From IMG/VR virus record IMGVR_UViG_3300037721_000087, positions 1 through 61,161 of that record: a stretch of DNA of 61,161 nt; one strand, given 5' to 3'. The position numbers and the translations under genes are program-made. Source of the DNA: a virus. Its lineage: Duplodnaviria > Caudoviricetes. Under the pieces are notes generated by a model, which was given only the letters and a program-made list of their open reading frames with translations, ran no database searches and was not told where the DNA came from. Positions within the stretch are counted from its first letter, which is position 1; each line of letters opens with the position of its first letter. Of the stretch, positions 58,591 through 61,161 are shown piece after piece.

Positions 58591-58799
58591 GCGAGGAAGA
58601 GCGCCCGCCGGTCTGGGTCACGGCCGAGATGGCGTCGGTGCACCTGCAGTGGAGCGGCTACCCGGTCAGTCCGGCCACCGTGCGGCAGTGGGCCCATCGT
58701 GGCCACATCCTCGCCAAGGGGCCACGTGGGGCCCGGTACAACCTCTGGGACGTGCAGGCGTGGGCGAAGAAGCGTGCGGCGGATGAGCCCTCAACTTGA
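58587..58799 (+). CDS. MerR-like HTH protein (start uncertain: CTG 58587 or ATG 58629)
   Basis: 'VSPATVRQWAHRGHI...ARYNLWDV'. Confidence 0.6.
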   Translation: MSEEERPPVWVTAEMASVHLQWSGYPVSPATVRQWAHRGHILAKGPRGARYNLWDVQAWAKKRAADEPST

Positions 58800-58828
58800 C
58801 CATGCGGAGGTCGAGTGTCACACTCGAC
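58796..58828 (+). promoter_or_regulatory. Candidate late promoter with an inverted repeat over the -10
   Basis: TTGACC-17 nt-CACACT; GTCGAGTGT-C-ACACTCGAC at 58810-58828. Confidence 0.55.
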
Positions 58829-58873
58829 TCGTACGGACCGATCTGTCCCCGCAGGCGGTTCAGCGCGTTACTC

Positions 58874-58900
58874 ACCCCAGTCCTCGTGGCTGGGGTTTTC
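58874..58900 (+). terminator. Intrinsic terminator just downstream of the candidate promoter
   Basis: ACCCCAGTC-CTCGT-GGCTGGGGTTTT. Confidence 0.65.
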
Positions 58901-58918
58901 GCATGTACGGAGGTCGTG

Positions 58919-59074
58919 ATGGCCGTCCTCACTCTCGACCGTGTTGACGCTGAGCTGCACCTGCTCCGGCGCAAGGTCTACGACCGGCGCACGATCGACG
59001 TCATGCGGACCGGGCTCTGGCGCAGGATCGACCAGTTGCTCGAGGAGCGCTTGCGCCTGATGCAGGCGCCCTGA
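58919..59074 (+). CDS. Small hypothetical protein
   Basis: GGAGG RBS; 'RRIDQLLEERLRL'. Confidence 0.6.
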   Translation: MAVLTLDRVDAELHLLRRKVYDRRTIDVMRTGLWRRIDQLLEERLRLMQAP

Positions 59075-59077
59075 TCC

Positions 59078-59395
59078 ATGGCCTGGTCGCAGCACCCCAG
59101 CTCGCGCAGGGCCACTCTGCCGCCGGACTGGTACACCCGCGTCCGGCCGGCCGTCCTGCGCCGTGACGGGTACCGGTGCCAGATCCAGGGCCCCCGCTGT
59201 GTCACCACGGCCAACCAGGTCGACCACGTGGACGACCCGCACGACCACCGGCTCCAGAACCTGCGCGCAGGCTGCGAGCCGTGCCACCACGACCGCAGCG
59301 CCCAGCAGGGCGGGTCCGCGTCGGGGACGGCTAGACGAGCACGTACAGCCGCCAGGAAGCGGCCTCAGGAAAGTCACCCGGGGCTGATCAGCTGA
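59078..59395 (+). CDS. HNH endonuclease (packaging-associated type)
   Basis: 'VLRRDGYRCQ', 'VDHV', 'NLRAGCEPCH'; near the right end. Confidence 0.9.
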   Translation: MAWSQHPSSRRATLPPDWYTRVRPAVLRRDGYRCQIQGPRCVTTANQVDHVDDPHDHRLQNLRAGCEPCHHDRSAQQGGSASGTARRARTAARKRPQESHPGLIS

Positions 59396-59408
59396 ACAGG
59401 AGAAGCGC

Positions 59409-59837
59409 ATGCCCAAGGTGAAGCTTGCCCGTCGCTGGGGCTCGAACAAGGCCGGCAGTACCGTCGAGGTGTCCCAGAGCAAGGCCGACTTCCTCAAGGG
59501 GATCGGCTGGACTGAGGATGGCCCCGTCATGAACGCCGATGCCGTCGCGCCCGGTACCGACGGGCCGGACCCGATCATCTCGGGCGATCCGACCAGGCGC
59601 CGGATCTCCATCGTCAAGCTTGAGCGGGACGAGTCGGTGAATCGGGCCGAGCAGAACGAGCGCGCCCCCAAGGTGCGCCGGCCCGTCGCACCGCAGGTGT
59701 CCGACGGTGGACCCGTGTCCGAGGGTGGCGAGGACAGCGCACGTGGCGAGGTCTCGTCCTCGCACGAGACGGTCAAGACCGACACCAAGACGCAGACCGG
59801 TCGTTCCCGCAAGGCCAGCACGCCCGAGAAGTCCTGA
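59409..59837 (+). CDS. Hypothetical protein
   Basis: AGGAG RBS; followed by a hairpin. Confidence 0.65.
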   Translation: MPKVKLARRWGSNKAGSTVEVSQSKADFLKGIGWTEDGPVMNADAVAPGTDGPDPIISGDPTRRRISIVKLERDESVNRAEQNERAPKVRRPVAPQVSDGGPVSEGGEDSARGEVSSSHETVKTDTKTQTGRSRKASTPEKS

Positions 59838-59853
59838 GCCCTCCCCAGCGCCG

Positions 59854-59886
59854 AACGCCCGCCCCCTGGACCTTGGGGCGGGCGTT
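59854..59886. terminator. Probable bidirectional terminator
   Basis: AACGCCCGCCCC-CTGGACCTT-GGGGCGGGCGTT between convergent genes. Confidence 0.7.
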
Positions 59887-59904
59887 GGCAGCAGCAGCTG
59901 GGTG

Positions 59905-60411
59905 TCAGCAGGGAGAGTCGACCTGGCCCCACAGCGGGTCGTTGGACGGCTTGCCGTACTCGTCCAGGTCGTAGCGCGTCCACGGGATCACGAGCTCTCC
60001 GCCCCGGTAGCAGCCGGCCTCGACCACCGAATTCGGTCCGCAGATGCGGTTGCCGTGGACCTGGCAGCTGAACGTGGGCTCGTCCTCCATGGGCTCAGGC
60101 TTGACCTCCAGGTCTGAGCCGCAGATCTTGTTGCCGTGGATGTGGCAGTCGAAGCCGGGCTCGTCCTCCATCGGTTCGCCTGGGGTGCCCAGTCCGACCC
60201 ACAGATCCGGGCCACAGATCTTGTTGCCGTGGATGCGGCAGTCGAAGCCGGGCTCGTCCTCTTCCGGCTCCTGCACGGTGCCCACCGAGCTGGTGCCGAC
60301 CATCTTGACGTTAGCCTGCTCGGTCGAGTCGTGAGTCATGTAGCCGAAGACCATGGAGCCGAAGAGGCCGAAGGTCACGATGGCGGTCAGGGACCTGGTG
60401 ATGACGCTCAT
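59905..60411 (-). CDS. Membrane protein with three EDEPxFxCxxHGNxICG repeats
   Basis: N-terminal TM; triple Cys-paired repeat; GAGAGGAC at 60421-60428. Confidence 0.8.
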   Translation of the reverse strand: MSVITRSLTAIVTFGLFGSMVFGYMTHDSTEQANVKMVGTSSVGTVQEPEEDEPGFDCRIHGNKICGPDLWVGLGTPGEPMEDEPGFDCHIHGNKICGSDLEVKPEPMEDEPTFSCQVHGNRICGPNSVVEAGCYRGGELVIPWTRYDLDEYGKPSNDPLWGQVDSPC

Positions 60412-60444
60412 GGGGGAGATGTCCTCTCGTGTGGGTGGTGCTGA

Positions 60445-60894
60445 TCAGCTGAGCTGGATGGGTTCGAGCCACATCGAGCACTCGGTCTCGTAGGTCACGT
60501 AGTCCTCGCAACCGAGCCAGCCTTCGCCGGTCGCGATGTAGAGCGAGCTGTCCAGGTCGAACTTGGTCCCGACCGGGACGAGCACACTGTCGCTGCTGGT
60601 CGAGGCAGGCTGGTACGTGCCGGCGGCACGGATGGCCAGAGCCAGTTCGCCCGGTGCTCGACCGAGGTCGATGACCAGTTCGTCCTGCACTCGCAGGTCG
60701 TCGACTCGACTGGTGTTGAGGACAGCACACTCGTTGAACAACGTCTCAGCATCGTCCTTGCACTTCGACTCACTGATCGAAGCGATCTCGTGTTCGTTCG
60801 TCAGCTCGACCAGCTTCGAGAACGAACCGATCATGCTGCTCACGAAGACGATGAGACCGACCAGAGCGACGAACTTGAGGACCAGCTGCTGCAT
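60445..60894 (-). CDS. Membrane-anchored hypothetical protein
   Basis: TM 'FVALVGLIVFVSSMIGSF'; TTGACA-18 nt-TTAACT-caggtc-ATG(60894). Confidence 0.7.
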   Translation of the reverse strand: MQQLVLKFVALVGLIVFVSSMIGSFSKLVELTNEHEIASISESKCKDDAETLFNECAVLNTSRVDDLRVQDELVIDLGRAPGELALAIRAAGTYQPASTSSDSVLVPVGTKFDLDSSLYIATGEGWLGCEDYVTYETECSMWLEPIQLS

Positions 60895-61104
60895 GACCTG
60901 AGTTAACACCAACTCATGTCTCACTGTCAAGTCATGTCAAGTCACATCTCTTGACCAGTACATACGTGCACACGAGCACGTGCACACACGCGTACGTACA
61001 GCACGAACACGAACCAGATCAAGAACATCGAACAAGCACGAGCTCGAGCACGTGTTGCTGCATCAGCTCCAACTCGTCGACCGGCTCGAGCTCTTGCCGG
61101 CGTG

Positions 61105-61161
61105 CCGGTCACACACCGTGACCGGGTGGGGGATGACCCCCCTCCCCCCGGTGCCCTGGCC
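61105..61161. other. Probable genome-end (cos-proximal) sequence
   Basis: CCGGTCAC-N5-GTGACCGG and GGGGGATGACCCCCC; lies between HNH and terS on circularisation. Confidence 0.5.

Noticed and set aside
60040-60265. Three spaced DNA repeats resembling a mini-CRISPR
   Set aside because: They encode the repeated protein motif in frame and vary as a coding repeat would.
60945-61100. CAC/ACG-rich stretch with short palindromes
   Set aside because: No regular repeat unit or credible ORF; probably packaging-site flank, function unsupported.

Overview
The window looks like a complete or near-complete genome of a high-GC, siphovirus-type actinobacterial phage, opened near the packaging site. The left arm (+ strand, 50-28546) runs terminase small and large subunits, portal, MuF/protease-like protein, scaffold, major capsid, head-tail proteins, major tail, -1 frameshifted tail chaperones, tape measure, minor tail/fibre proteins and a lysis cassette (M15 endolysin, holin). 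A leftward early block (28677-47630) carries many small genes, RuvC-like, Nudix, SF2 helicase, C5 DNA methyltransferase, PD-(D/E)XK exonuclease, HNH and SSB-like genes. A rightward block (47744-59837) carries an Xis/BldC-like HTH, an RHH protein, a primase-polymerase/helicase followed by a repeat-rich putative origin, a class F sortase with a candidate substrate, a possible late regulator and a packaging-type HNH. I recognised no integrase, ParA, standalone DNA polymerase, lysin B, tRNA or CRISPR array. Four observations stand out. (1) A candidate ~65-nt small RNA (about 28596-28661), with its own promoter and terminator, carries the complement of a GAGAGGAC ribosome-binding motif found before at least 17 non-structural genes. 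(2) A second, apparently intact and dissimilar large terminase and a TerS-like gene lie in the early operon. (3) A phage-encoded sortase F sits beside a secreted APETGG protein. (4) A duplicated, pseudoknot-capable leader covers the start codons of the capsid and major tail genes. All calls are by-eye motif and synteny recognition; no searches were run.
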